Notes: generated from the sequence alone by a model not told the origin. A DNA stretch of 64,000 bases from Scenedesmus sp. PABB004 (GCA_014905635.1 CM026547.1:1550001-1614000), one strand, 5' to 3'; shown: positions 24,131 through 36,971, counted from the first letter of the stretch. Made by a program: numbers and translations.

Positions 24131-26218
24131 ATGGCGGAGGCGGGTGGAGCGCCGCTGCCGCTGCCGCTCGCGGCGCCGGGCGCGGCGGCGGTGAAGCAGC
24201 AGCACCAGCAGGCGCCCGGCGCGGGTCCGCCGCGCGAGGCCGTGCGGCAGCACAAGCGCGTGCCGCGCTGGCTGCGCATGTCGCTGCGCACGTCAGTCAT
24301 GATCGGCCTGGTCGCGCTGCCCGCGCTCGCGGTCAAGGAGCCGTCCTTTGAGCGCCTCTTTCGCTTCAAGGGCTACTCCATCGTCTTCATGGTCCTCGGC
24401 ACGCTCGTGCTGCCGATGTGGGAGCCCAACCTCGGCAAGGTCGTGCTCGCCTTCACGCTGCTCATGCCAGGTGCGGGAGCTCAAACGGGCGCCCAGCGGA
24501 GGCGGCGCGCTGGCGCGGCGTCGCCCGGCGGCCGCCGCCAACGCCGCCGCGTGCCGCGCCGCGCAGTCGGGTGCGCGTCGCTGTGGCTGGCGTACGGCCT
24601 CTTCCTGGGCTGCCCGAGCATCATCTTCATGATGGGCGCCTGCGTGGTGGTCACGGGGCTCGTGTTCTTCTTCTCGGAGCTGCTCGGCCTGGTGCGCGGC
24701 CGCCCGGGCGCGGCACCGGCCGCGCTGGTGCTCGGGCGCGCGCGCGCGTGCACACGAGGGCCGGGGCCGGCGCCCGCAGCCGCCGACCGGCCCCGCCGCC
24801 GCCCCGGCCCCGCCCCTAACCCCGCCCCGGCAGCCCGTCGCGCTGCTGAGCGTGTTTGCCACGCTCTTCTGCGCCGCCGCGACGAGCTTTGTGGGGACGC
24901 CGCGCATGGCGCTGCCGATGACGGCGCTGCTCTCCGTGCTGCTCGTCGTCGCGGCGGTGCTGTCAACGCTGGTGTGCTGGCTGGTGTTCCCAGAGTTTTG
25001 CGTCGACGAGGTGCGCAGCCGGCAGCAGCGAGCCGCCGGGGGACCGTCCCCCGCCGCCGGTGGCTGCGCGTGCGCTGCGCCGGCCTGACGGTCCCTCTCT
25101 CCCCCCGCCCTGCGCGCGCAGGTGTTTCGCTTCCACCACGAGGGCCTGGAGCACCTGCTGCAGCTCGCGCACCACGCGCTGGGCGGCACCGCGCCGCCAC
25201 TGCTGCGCCGCGCGCAGACCGCCGCGCCGGCGCTCGAGGCGGGCGGCGAGTGGCGGCGGCTGCTGGCAGCCGCGGACGAGCTGCCCGTGGAGCACGGGGA
25301 GCTCACGCGCATGCGCGCCAAGTCGGCCGTGTCGAGCGACGCGGCCGCGGCGGCGGCGGCAGCGGCCGACCCCGACGAGCAGGCGGCGCGCGTGGAGCGC
25401 TCGCTGCAGCGCATCGTGATGGCCCTGCAGGAGGGCGCGGCGGCGCAGGTCGGCGCCAAGGCGGAGGTCGTTCTCGCGGCGGTGGCGCACAAGCGCGTCA
25501 TCGTGCCCTGCACGCCCCTGCTCCCCTGCGCGCGGGGCCAGATGGACGAGGCAGCCCTGCTCGCGCTGCGGCACGTCGCCGTGGCGACGAGCACTCAGAT
25601 CCACAAGGTCTTTGCCGCCACGCACCCGCTCGACGAGCCCACCGCCGCGCTCATGGGCAGCCTGCGCTCGAGCGCGCAGTGGCGCGCCATGGGCGCCGCG
25701 CTGCAGGCGGCGCTGCAGGTGCGCGCGCGCGCGCGCGGCGCCGGCCTCGCCGCTGCGCCAGGCGCTGGCAGCGGGCGCTGGCGGCGTGCGCACGCGCACG
25801 CGACCGCCGGCTCGCCCCGTCCCCGCAGGAGCTGGTGGAGACCTTCCCGATGGACTACTACCCCTCCCCGGCAGCGCCCAGCCAGGCCTGCCTCGCCGCG
25901 TTCCGCGGCGCCGTGGCGGAGCTGGACGCCGCGTGGCGCGCCGCGCGCGCCCAGGCGGCGGGCGGCGGCGGCGCGGCGGCGGCGCCGCCGTCGCCGCAGG
26001 GCGGCGGCGCCGCGGGCGCGCACCCCGCGGCGGGCGCGGTGGCAGACGTCTTCCACGACCCCCTCGTGCCGGCGGGCAGCCCCGCGGCCGAGGCGCTGGC
26101 GTGGATGAACGCGCTGGTGCTGGTTGGGATGCTCGACGAGCTCGGCGACCTGCTCGCGCAGCTCTTCAGCGCCGCGCGCGCCGCGGCGGACAGCGTGCTG
26201 CGGTTCAAGTGCTGCTGA
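24131..26218 (+). CDS. Divergent ALMT/FUSC-like membrane protein, 5 exons
   Basis: About six hydrophobic segments with WEPNLGK and LVCWLVFP at positions matching ALMT-type topology, followed by a helical soluble domain; the family call is an inference. Confidence 0.5.
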   Translation: MAEAGGAPLPLPLAAPGAAAVKQQHQQAPGAGPPREAVRQHKRVPRWLRMSLRTSVMIGLVALPALAVKEPSFERLFRFKGYSIVFMVLGTLVLPMWEPNLGKVVLAFTLLMPGAGAQTGAQRRRRAGAASPGGRRQRRRVPRRAVGCASLWLAYGLFLGCPSIIFMMGACVVVTGLVFFFSELLGLVRGRPGAAPAALVLGRARACTRGPGPAPAAADRPRRRPGPAPNPAPAARRAAERVCHALLRRRDELCGDAAHGAADDGAALRAARRRGGAVNAGVLAGVPRVLRRRGAQPAAASRRGTVPRRRWLRVRCAGLTVPLSPRPARAGVSLPPRGPGAPAAARAPRAGRHRAATAAPRADRRAGARGGRRVAAAAGSRGRAARGARGAHAHARQVGRVERRGRGGGGSGRPRRAGGARGALAAAHRDGPAGGRGGAGRRQGGGRSRGGGAQARHRALHAPAPLRAGPDGRGSPARAAARRRGDEHSDPQGLCRHAPARRAHRRAHGQPALERAVARHGRRAAGGAAGARARARRRPRRCARRWQRALAACARARDRRLAPSPQELVETFPMDYYPSPAAPSQACLAAFRGAVAELDAAWRAARAQAAGGGGAAAAPPSPQGGGAAGAHPAAGAVADVFHDPLVPAGSPAAEALAWMNALVLVGMLDELGDLLAQLFSAARAAADSVLRFKCC

Positions 26219-26396
26219 CGGCGCGCCGCGGCGGCGGCGCGGGCCGCCCGTGAACGCGGCCCGGCCGGTCGCCCTCCCCGAGGCAACAGCACGCCTTACC
26301 GCGACGCGCGCGCGCGTCCCGCGCCCCGCCGCCCCCGCCGCCCCAGCGGCGTGCCCTCGCTCCGCGCGCGCTCGCGCCCGCGCCGCCATGCGCCCG

Positions 26397-28160
26397 TCAG
26401 CCAAAGTTGCTGAGCATCCAGGTCTTGTAGGAGGCCATGAACTTGGCGACAAAGGCCTCGAGGTGGAAGATGGGCTTCTGGCCCTCCTGCAGGCGGTGCT
26501 CGTAGAACGCGGCGAGGCGCGTGACCTCGACCTTCAGCTCGTCGTCCAGCTTGCGCAGCAGCTCCACCAGCAGCGTGCGCAGGATGAGCTCCGGCGGGAT
26601 GCAGTTGCCGAGCAGCTCGTACAGCTTGCCGCGCACCGTGTAGAGCTTCTTCGGCGTCTGCTCGCTCAGCATGTCCTGCGCGATCTCCACGGTGTACAGC
26701 TCCCAGTCGGGCGGCGCGACCTTGGTGGCCTCGCTGAGCGCGCCGCCGCCCTGCACGTACGCGACCTCCAGCATCAGCAGCGCGCGGCGCAGGTTGCGCC
26801 CGCTCGCGGCCGCGACGTGCGCCGCGACCGACGGCGGCAGCGCCACGCCCTCCTTGCGCGCCACGAGCGCCAGCTGCTCCTGCACGTGCGCCGCGCTCGG
26901 GCCCGGCACGCGCACGCACAGGCAGCGGCTGCGCACGGGCTCCATCACCTGCGGCGCGGCGGAGCGCGCGGCCCGTCAAGCCGGCGGCGGCGCGCGCGTT
27001 GGGCCGCGGCCGCCGCCGGCGCCCGCCGCCACCCTGGCCCCGCCGCCGCCCCCCGCCCCGCGGGCGTGGGCGCGGGCGTCACCCTGCTGATGTTGTTTGC
27101 CACCATGATCAGCCGGCAGCCGGCGCTGTACTTCTCCATCGTGCGGCGCAGGCTCTGCTGCGCCTCGCGCGACAGCCGGTCCACCTCGTTGAGCACCAGG
27201 ACCTTGAAGCCCTTGTTGCCTGGCGCGCGGGGCGCGCACGCGCGGGCGCGTGAGGGGCTCGGCCGCCGCGGCCGCGACGCCGCCCGTGGCCGCGCCGCGC
27301 GCGGGCGGGGGCGCGGGGTCTCACCCGCGACGTCGAGGGGCCGGTTCTTGGCGAGCTCCTTGATGACCTCCTGCACGACGTAGCGGTCGTTGTTGCCCAC
27401 GTCGGCGGGGTTGAGCTCGATGTGGTAGTTGCTGCGATTGCAGCACGCGAGCGGGCGCGGAAGGGTTCAGGACGGAGCGCGCCGGGGCGGGCCGGGGCGG
27501 GGCGGGGCACACGGGGCGCAGGCGGGTGCCCTTCCGCCGCGCCGGCGGGCGCGCCGCCCACACCTGCTGATCATGGTCAGCTCGACCTCGAGCTTGCGGC
27601 TCGGCAGCTCGATGGTCCAGGGCCGCGTCTCGACCTTGATCTGCGCGGCGGCGGCGGCGGCGGCGGCCTCGGCGGCGGCAGCTTCGCAGGCGGCGGCGCC
27701 CGCTGCCTCCCCGGGCTCGCGTCAGCCCAACCGCTGCCCGCCGCCGCCTGCCGCGCCTTTTCTGCGCCGGGGCCGTACACCTCGCGCAGCAGCGCCATGA
27801 CCAGCGTCTTCTTGCCCGCGCCCGGCGGGCCATAGAAGAGGCAGTGCGGGAAGTCGCCGGTCGTGACCTGCGCGCGGTGCGGCGCGGGTTGCGTTGCGGC
27901 CGGCCGGCCATGCCGCGCCGCCTGCGCCGCGCCGGGCGCGCAGTGCGCCCCCTGCAGCCGCCGCCGGCGGCCGCACCAGCTTCTTCAGGTTGGCCGCCAC
28001 ATCAGCGTGCAGCACAAACTTGTCCAGCACGTGCGGCCGGTACTGCGCGGCGGCGCGGCCAGCGCAGCAGCGCGGCGTTCGGTTGGCGCGCGGCGCGCAG
28101 CCGCGATCGCGCTGCCGCCGTCGCTGCGCCGCGGCGCCGCACCTTGTCCACCCAGAGCAT
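26397..28160 (-). CDS. RFC3: Replication factor C 38-kDa subunit (human RFC3 / yeast RFC5), 7 exons
   Basis: [93 protein letters not shown]. Confidence 0.97.
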
Positions 28161-28728
28161 GGTGCCTCGGCCGCTGCGCAGGGGCCCAGGGAGTGCAGCA
28201 GCCTCGCTGCGTCTGTGATGGGTGGGGTGCGCCCCCCGCTGCTGCTGCCGCCTCTAGCGCGGGCCTGCGGCCGCCTCGTGTTCCGGGGGAGGCCTGATCG
28301 GATCAGGCGCGGGGGCCTGGGCTGCTGGGCTCCGAGTGCGCGCGCGTGCGGCTCGCGGCGGGCGCTGCGGCTGCAGCTGCGTGGCGCGGGTGGTCTGGAC
28401 GCGGCGTGAGTGTGGCTGTGACCGGACCGCTGGGCGTGCGGGATGCAGCGCGCGCACCCGAGGCGCAGCTTTGAATCGCGTTCAGCACCTGCACCCCAGC
28501 GCCCTTGCCCTGCGCCCCTCCAAGTCCAGGGCCGGCCCTCACCGACTCGCCGCCCCGCGCTCCAAGCCACCGGCGCCTCACGACGCCAGCGCAGCGTCCG
28601 CAGCGCGCACGGCCGCTGAACGCTCGACCCGCTGCTGCTCTCCGCCCTCCCGGGCCTGCCCGCACGCCCAGCCAGCTCCGAGACGCGCCCGGGCGGGCTC
28701 CGACAGACAGCCGGACAGGCGTGCGGAC

Positions 28729-31276
28729 ATGGCGGACGGCGGCGGCTTCGCCGCGGCGGCGGCGCAGCAGGCGGCGGCGCCGCCGCTGCTGCGCCCGCCG
28801 CGCCACCCGCTGTCGCCGGCGCAGCCGCCGCCGCTGCAGCAGCTGCAGCTGCAGGCAGCGACCAGCAGCGATGGCGGCGCGCCACCGGCCGGCGCGCCGG
28901 CGCGCGCGTGGCCGCCGGAGCTGCAGCGCGCGCTCGAGCGCCTCGCTGCGGGCGTGCTGCGCGGCGCGGCGATCGGGCTCACGCTGCGCGGCGGCCTGCA
29001 CGCCGTCGGCGCGGGCCTCGCGGCGGCGTCGCGGCGGCGCGACCGCGCGCTCACGCGCGGCGCGGCGCTCGAGGACGCGCTGCGCTACGCCGCCTTCCTC
29101 GGCGCCCTCGCGGGGACCTACATCGGCGTCGACGAGGGCATCGCCGCGGCGGTGGGCAAGGACAGGCGCGTGGCCAGCGCGGCGGCGGCCGAGCGGCGGG
29201 AGGGGGAGGCGGAGCGGGGCGCGCGGCGCGCGGCGCGCGGCGCGCGACGCCGTGACGCCGCCGCGCGGCGCGGCGCCGCAGGTCGGCCAAGTGGCGCAGC
29301 CTGGTGGCGGGCGTGTGCGCGGGGCCCGCGCTGCTGCTGACGGGGTGAGCGCGCGCACGCGGCGCCGCGCGCCCTCGCGCCCGCGCGCCCGCGACAGAGC
29401 ACGCGCACCGCCGCCGGCGTCGCGGCCGCGCCGCAGGCCCAAGAACCGGCACTACAGCCTGGCGACCTACATCCTGCTGCGCGGCGTCACGCTGCTCATC
29501 CGCACCGGCAACGCGCCGCGCTCGGCGCGCCGCCACCCGTGGCTGCACGCCGCGCTCGCCCCGACGCGGCTCGCGCACGGCGACACGGTCATCATGTGCG
29601 CCGCGTGCGCCCAGGTGCGGCGGCGGCCGCGCGGCCGCGTGGCGCGCCGCGCGCGGCCGCGTGCCGCGCGGCCCGGCCCGACCCCGCCGCCGCGTGCTGT
29701 GTGCGTGCTGTGCGCGTGCTGTGTGCGTGCTGTGCGTGCTGTGGTCAGATCATCTACGCCTTCATCATGATGCCCACCACGCTGCCCGCGAGCTACGTGC
29801 GCTTCATCCGCAAGCAGGGCGCCAAGGAGCTCCACGTCTGGCAGGGCATCCGGGTGCGGCGCCGCCGCAGCGCGCGCGCGGGCGGCGGGGCACACGCGCG
29901 GCGCGGGCCGCGCGCCACGCCCGCCCGCGCGCCGACGCGCGCCCGCACGCCGCGCGCCGCGCGCCGCGCGCAGGAGCTGGCGGAGCGCACCGCGGCGGGG
30001 CGGCCGCGCGGCCCGCTGCTCGCGCTGGCGGGCACGCGGCATGCGGGCGCGGCGGGGCCGCTGCCGTGCAGCTTCTTCCACCCGGGCACGAGCTGCGCGG
30101 CGCACCCGGTGTCGCTGTTCTGGCCCGCGTACCGGCGCGCGCTGTCGGTGTACCTCCCCGTCTATGTGCTCCCCGCGCTGCTCGTGCACCGCCAGCAGCT
30201 GCTCAAGGCGCCGCTGCCCATCCTGCAAAAGGTGCTGCTCGGCATCGCGAGGTGCGCGGCGCGGCGCGCGTGGGCGTGGGCGTGGGCGGTTTGGGTGGGC
30301 GAGGGTGTGTGTGGGGGGGGGGGGGGTGGCAGGCCGTGCATCATGAGCGCAGCAAGCCCTGAACCCTGTCTGCACCAAGCCCCAAACCCTGCGCCGCCGC
30401 CGCCCCCCCCCCCTCAGGTCGAGCCTGTTCCTGTCGAGCTTCATCTGCGTCGCCTTTGGCGGCGCGTGCGCGGGCCACGCGCTCGCGGGGCGCTCCACGG
30501 GCCTCGTCATCGCGGGCAGCACCTGGGTCGGCGGCCTCGCGACGCTGCTGGAGAAGAAGAGCCGGCGCATGGAGCTCGCCCTCTATGTGCTCTCCCGCTC
30601 GCTCGAGAGCTTCGCGCGCTGCTGCCTGCAGTGGGGCTGGCTCAGCCCGCGCCTCGCGGCCGCCGCGGCGTCGCGGCTCGACGTGCTGCTCTTTGCCGCC
30701 GGCGTCGGCGCGATCACGCACTGCTACAGCGGCTACAACGGCCTCCACCGCGGCGTGTTCCGGTCAAAGTACCTCAACATACTCGACTTTGTCTTTGGCA
30801 GCGCCGGTGCGCCGGCGCGCCGGGGCGGCGCTGCGCGGCGGAGCGGCGCCGGGGGGCGGCGCGGGGCGCGCTGGCCGGCGGCGGCGCGGCGCGGGGCTGA
30901 CGCCGTGGCGGCGCCGCGCCGCGCCCGCGCAGGCATCACGGAGGGCTGCATCAAGCACTGCCCCAGCAACGCCGACCTGCTCAAGAGCGTGAGCTCCCGC
31001 GTGCGCAGCCTCTCGGTCGGCAACCTCGCCGGCCTGGCCGAGCGCACCGCGTGCGAGGCGGCCGCGGTCGCGGCCGCGGGCGCGCTGCCCGCGCCCGGCA
31101 GCGGCGGCGGCGGCGGCGGCAGCCTGGGGAGCTGCCCGGGCGGCGCGGCGGCGGCGGCCGTGGTGGTGGCGGTGCCGCCCGCGGCGGCTGGCCCACCCGA
31201 CGGCGGCAGCGGCGGCGCGGCAGTGGCGGTGGCGGTGGCGCAGGCAGACGCAGCAGAGGGCGCGGGGGCCGTGTAG
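28729..31276 (+). CDS. TMEM135: TMEM135-like (PMP24/Tim17 clan) membrane protein, 7 exons
   Basis: WRSLVAG...GPALLLTG; QIIYAFIMMPTTLPASYVRFIRKQG; PCSFFHPG; VYLPVY..P; IARSSLFLS; LEKKSRRMELALY. Confidence 0.88.
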
Positions 31277-31449
31277 GCGCCCCAACCTGGCACCAGCTAT
31301 CCGGCGCATTGCCGGGGGCTGTGGGAGCGCGCGCAGCACTGAAATCTTGACTGCACTCACTTGGCTGGCGGCGCGGGCTGTGTGCGTGCAGCGCTGGCGG
31401 GTCCCCTCACGTGGCCCAGGCGTGCGTGTCCGGCAAGTGCGTTGCCTCC

Positions 31450-31454
31450 TGTAA
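31450..31454 (+). terminator. TGTAA polyadenylation signal for TMEM135
   Basis: TGTAA about 175 bp after the stop at 31276. Confidence 0.6.
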
Positions 31455-31562
31455 AATGGCTCACGGCCGCACGGCCGCCGGCGCGCGCCGCTGGCTGCAC
31501 CGCCCAGAGTTGAGTTCAGTTCAGCGCCCGCAGCTGCCCGCGCCCGCGCCCGCGCGGCAGAG

Positions 31563-32173
31563 TCAGAAGCGCTTGACGCGCCGCCGCTCGGAGCGGCGCT
31601 CCGCGCGCTCCAGCTTCTTCAGCGTCGCCTCGTCGAGCTCGACGCCCGGCTGGTTGCGCCGCGCGCGCATGGGCAGGATGACCTTGGTGGCGAGCAGGTA
31701 GGCGGCGGTCGCGGGCACGACGGCGAGCACGTACCAGCCCCAGCGCGTGAACGCGGCGAGCACCTGGGCAAAGCCGGTCACGTAGAGGAGGTCAAAGTAG
31801 TAGGAGATCATGCCCTTCCCCAGGTCGCCGCCGCCGTCGACGAGCACGCCGTTCTGCCACACCGGGCGCGCGACCGCGGCGATCGAGACGAAGAACACGC
31901 CCTGCGCCGCGGCCGACCCGGCCGCCGCCGCCCACGCGACCCAGTCGGCGCTGCCGCCGCGCAGCCAGAGGCGGACCAGGACGTGGACCAGGGTGCACGC
32001 CAGCGCGTAGGAGCCCACCAGGCGCACCGTGCGCGCATTATCATCGGCGCGCTTCTTGGCGCCGCCGCCCGCCTGCGGCCAGGCGCGCGGGAGGGCCGCG
32101 CTGGGCGCTCCCACGCCACGGGCGGGAGGTCCGCCAAGCCACGGCCGCGCTGCGGGCAGCGCGCACGCACCAT
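31563..32173 (-). CDS. TMEM208: TMEM208/SND2 (DUF788) ER protein; first coding exon is the ATG alone
   Basis: ATG|GTGCGT intron (32170-32073) then AGGGAKKRADDN...LVDGGGDLG..MISYYFDLLYVT..QVLA..W..LAVVP; basic C-terminus KKLERAERR. Confidence 0.88.
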
Positions 32174-32594
32174 GCCGGCACCGCCGCCTGCCGCTGCCGA
32201 CGCCCGCTGCTGCTGCCGCCAACGCCGGCGCGCGCGCTGCACTGCCGGGCGCCGGTGGGCTCGTGGCTGGCAGCCCGTGGTCGGCTGCGACTCTGGCCGC
32301 GGGAGTGGGCCCAGCAGGAGCGCAACAGGCTCGTCGTAGTGATTGTGCGGCGGCGGCGGTTGAGAGGCCGTTTCGTTACTGTTGTGCAGCGCTCGCGCTC
32401 GCCGCTGCAGTTCCCGCCGCCGCCGCCCGCGAATTCTTCTGCATTCTTGTGTGGTCACGCGCGGGCGCGCTCGCCGTCCGCGCTGCCGCTCTCTCTGCTG
32501 CTGCTGCTGCCGCCGCTCCACAAAACTGCCGGGCCGCGCCGCCACGAAAACCGGCGCCGCTTCGGTGCCCTGGTGGTGCGCCCCCAGGCGGCGC

Positions 32595-33361
32595 TCACAC
32601 GAGGACCTCGATGTTGCCCGCGTCGTCGACGCGGCTCTCAAAGGTGGGCAGGGGCTTCTTGTCTGTCATCTTGCCCACCAGGGGCAGCGTCGGGAACTTG
32701 GGGCACCACTCGCCCTTGACCTCGCCGGTCGCGAGGTCAAACGCGGTGTCGTGCGCGGGACACACGATGCACTTGTCCTTGACCTGCCCCTGCGGGCGCG
32801 GGCGCGGGCGGGGGTGCGGGCACGGGCGGCGCCGGGAGGCGCGTGGGCGCGCGTGCGCCTGCGCCGCGCGCGAGCGTTGCGGTGCCGCGCGCGCTCTGTG
32901 TGTGCCGCGTCCCCCCGCGCGCGGGCGGACCTGGAAGAACGCAGTCTTGCCGACCAGCGGCAGGCCCAGGTGGCTGCACTTGTTGGACACGGCGTAGACC
33001 TGCACAGAGCGCGGCGCGCGCGAGGTGGTGGGCGTGGCGCGCCGACGCCAGGAGGCCGCGCAGCCGCTGCTCGCGCCGCCGCCCGTCTGCACGCCGCACC
33101 TGGCCCTCCGTCTCCACTATCAGCACCTTCTGGCCGCCCAGCTCGACCACCTGCGGCACGGCCGCGCGCGGTGGGCGCGGAGCAGCAGCAGGCGCCCGTG
33201 GCGCCGCTGCCGTCGCCGCCGGCGCGCGCCTGGCGGCCGCCGGCGGTGTTCAGCTCCGTCTTGGTGGTGGCCTTCTGCCACGCCGCGGCGGAGACCGCCA
33301 CGGTGCGCGGGCGGGACAGGGCCGCGGCGCGGGCAGCGGTCGCGCGAGTGGTGAGGGCCAT
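32595..33361 (-). CDS. Plastid-targeted small Rieske [2Fe-2S] ferredoxin-like protein, 4 exons
   Basis: Transit peptide MALTTRATAARAAALSRPRTVAVSA; Rieske motifs NKCSHLGLPL and IVCPAHDTAFDLATGEV. Confidence 0.92.
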
Positions 33362-33637
33362 CGCTGCTTCTGGTGCTGCTGGTGAGCAGGGGGGAGGGGG
33401 TGCGGGCGCGTGTGGCGGCGGCGGGCGCAGCGGCGCGGTGGAGGCACCGGCAGCGGCGGCGCCGTCACTTGCGCGCGGTTCGCTGGCGCCCTGACGCCCT
33501 CCTGCGACGTGCTGGGCCAACCCGGGGCGCGCAGTCGAGCTCCCCCAGCGACTGCAGCGACATCAGGCAGCGCGCGCGGCACGCAGCAGGCGGGGGGCGC
33601 CGATCATCAGCAACGCACCGCCCCTGCCGGCGCAGCC

Positions 33638-36600
33638 ATGGCGGGCCGCGGCTGGGCGGGTGATGAGCCGGTGGCGGTGATGAACGCGGCGCTGCAGGCG
33701 TTTGGCGCCGAGCCAGCGGCGGCGGCGCCGGCGCGCACGGAGCCCGACGCGCCGCTGTTCATGCCCGCGGGCGCGTTCCGCGGCGCCAAGCAGGGCTACT
33801 ACTTCGGCACCGGCCCCCACGGCACGGGGTGCGTGTGTGGGGGAGGGCAGCGGCGCGCGCGGCGCGAGGGGCGCGCGCCGCGAGCCGTGCGAGCCGCGCG
33901 GCGCGGCAGCAGCGCGGCGCCCGACCGCCGGCGCGCCACGCCGCGCCCTGCCCGCAGCTACTACCGCGACGCGGCGCAGCCCCTGGACGAGGCGGAGCTC
34001 GCGGCGGCGGCGCGGCGGCACGACCCCGCGGCGCTGCTGCGCGAGGCGGAGGCGCAGGCGGACGCGGCGGAGGTGCAGCTGCTGGACGAAAGGTCGCTGC
34101 GCAAGATGCTCAACGCCTTCGACAAGAAGGTCAGACTGGCAGGCACCAGCGGCAGGCACCGCGGCAGGCACCGCGGCGGCGGCCGCTGCTGCGGGGCAGC
34201 GGCTGCGCCGACCGCTCTGGCGGCCGCGTCACGCCCGCCCCGCCGCTCCGCCGCCGCGCCGCGCCCGCGGCGCGCAGGCCAAGGAGAACCTCGAGCTGCG
34301 CATGAAGTACGCGGACGAGCCGATGAAGTTCCTTGACAACGAGGTCGACCTCATGTCCCTCATCCGCAGCCTCGCGCAGGTCGGGGCCGACCCCAACACC
34401 CTCTACCCGCTGCTGCTCGACAGCGCCGCGGTGCCGACGCTCGCGGGGCTGCTGAGCCACGACAACACCGACATCGCGGTCGAGGTCATGGACCTGCTGC
34501 AGGAGCTCACAGACGCGGGTGCGCCGCGCCGCGCCGCGCCGCGCCGGCGCGGCGACGGCGCTTGCGCGACGGCGGCGGCGCTGCCGGCCCGCCGGCGCCG
34601 CGCGCGCCCGCGCCGCCCGGCGTGCACGCGCGGCGGGGACGCGCGCGACGCGCGCGCTGCGGCGCGCCGCAGACGAGGAGGAGGACAACCAGGAGGTCGC
34701 GGGGCAGCTGGTCGACGCGCTGGTCGAGGCAAACGCGCTGGAGCTGCTCGTCGAGCGCATGGCGCGGCTCTCCGAGGGCAACGACGAGGAGGCCGGCGCG
34801 GTGCACCACGCGCTGGCGGTCATTGAGCACGCGCTGGAGGTGAGCGCCGGGCCCCGGGCAGACGCGGGGCCCTGCGTGCGGGGGCGCGCCCGCTCGGCGG
34901 CAGGGCGGCGGACGCGCGGCGCCGGCGCGGCCCGCGCCCGCCGACCCGCGCGCCCGCCCCGCCGCGCCGCGCAGCTGCGTCCGGCGCTGGCGGAGGTGCT
35001 GCTGGCGCGCACCAAGCTGCTCAAGTGGCTGCTCGCCCGCATCCGCGTGCGCGGCAGCGACAGCAACAAGCAGTACGCGAGCGAGATCCTGGCCATCCTC
35101 ATGCAGGCACGCCCCGCACTGCTGCTCGCGCCGCAGCCCGTGTGTGCGCCGTGGGCTCTCGCGCGCCGCCGCCGTGCTGCGCCGCCCACGCCGCGGCCGC
35201 CGCCGCCCGCGCGCGCGCGCGCCGCAGGGGCACGAGGCCAACCAGCGCGTGCTGGGCGCGGCCAACGGCATCGACGCGCTGCTCGTCTGCCTCGCGGGCT
35301 TCAAGTCGCGGGAGCCGGCCGACGCGGAGGAGGCTGAGACGATGGAGAACCTCTTTGACGCGCTCTGCTCCTGCCTGCTGCTGCCGGCCAACCGGTGCGC
35401 GCGCGGCGCGGCGCGGCAGCGCGGCGGCGGTCGTCGTTTGCGGCGCGCCCGGCGCGCGCGGGCGGCGGCGGCGCGGCGAGGCGTGCCGCGCAGCGCCGAC
35501 GCCCGCCGCCCGCCCGGCCGGCCGGCCGCCGCCTGGCAGCGCGTCGTTTGTGTCGTGCGAGGGCGTGGAGCTGATGCACCTGCTGCTCAAGGGCCGCAAG
35601 TCGAGCCGCTACGGCGCGCTCAAGGCGCTCGACTTTGCGACCACGCGGTGCGCTGCCCCGGGGGGGGGGGGGGGGGGGGCTGGGCGCGGCCCCCGCCGCG
35701 CAGGGCCTGGGGGCGGCGCCCGGCTCGGGGCCTGGGCCGGCGCTGCCCCGCCGCTGCGGCCGGGCCGACACAACCGCCCGCGCTGCGCCGCGCCGGCCCC
35801 GCCGCGGCAGCTCGCCGCCCGCGTGCGACCGGCTGGTGGAGGTGGGCGGGCTGGCGCAGCTGTTTGCCGTGTTTATGGCCCGCTCCAAGATCAAGGTCAG
35901 GAGCGGCGGCCGCGAGCGCAGCGACCGCGACGTCGCGCGCGAGGTGGAGGAGCGGTGCGTGAGCATCATAAGCAACCTCTTCCAGGGCGTGACCAAGGCC
36001 AGCCGGCGGGAGCGCCTCGCCGCCAAGTTTGTGGAGGCCGAGTTTGAAAAGGTCGACCGGCTCATGGAGATATGCTTCAGGTGGGTCAACCCCGCAGCAG
36101 CGGCGTCGGCTGCCCGGCGGGCGGCGTGCGGCACTCGCCGGCGGCGCGCGCGGCGCCGGCAGGCGCCCCCTCCCTCAGCACGCACACGCACGCACGCACA
36201 CACACACGCCCGCGCGCGCAGGTACGAGGCGGGCGTGCGCGCGTGCGAGGCGCGGCTCGCGCGCGCGGCGCTGGACGCGGAGGAGGAGGTCGACGGCGAC
36301 GAGCTGCTGCTGGAGCGCATGGACGCGGGGCTCTTCACGCTGCAGAGCGCCATGGTCATCGCCGCCGCGCTCTGGGCCACCGGCGACGCGGGGCTGCGCA
36401 AGCGCCTGCTCGCCTGCCTGCACCAGCGCGGGCAGAGCCTGGGCATGGTCCGGTGCGGCCGGGCGGCGCGCGAGCCCCGCACGCGCCGTGGGCCCCGGCG
36501 CTGCGCTGCCGGCGCCGCCGTCCGCCGCCACGCGCCGCGCTGCCGCGCCTGCACGGGCGCCACCCGCCCGCTGCCGTCACTGCCCCCCCCCCCCCCACAC

Positions 36601-36929
36601 ACACACACACACGCGCGCGCAGGGCGTACCTGCGTGAGTTCTATGCCAGCCTCGGCGAAGACAGCGCACCCGAGGAGCGCGAGCGCCAGCTCGCCCGCCT
36701 CGCGCAGCTGCTGGCCGCGCTGGGCGTGGACGTCGCGGCCGAGGCGGCGGCGGGGGGCGGCGACGGCGGCGGCGACGCGGCGGCGGGCGCGGTGAGCGGG
36801 CGCGCGGGTGGGGGGGGGGGGGGTGGCGTCGGCGCCGGGCGCTGCTGCGCTGCGCTCTGAGCGCGCTGCACTGTTTCCGCGCAGGCCGATGGCGGCGCCG
36901 GTGGCGAGGGCATGGAGCTGGAGGGCGGC

Positions 36930-36971
<42 letters not shown>

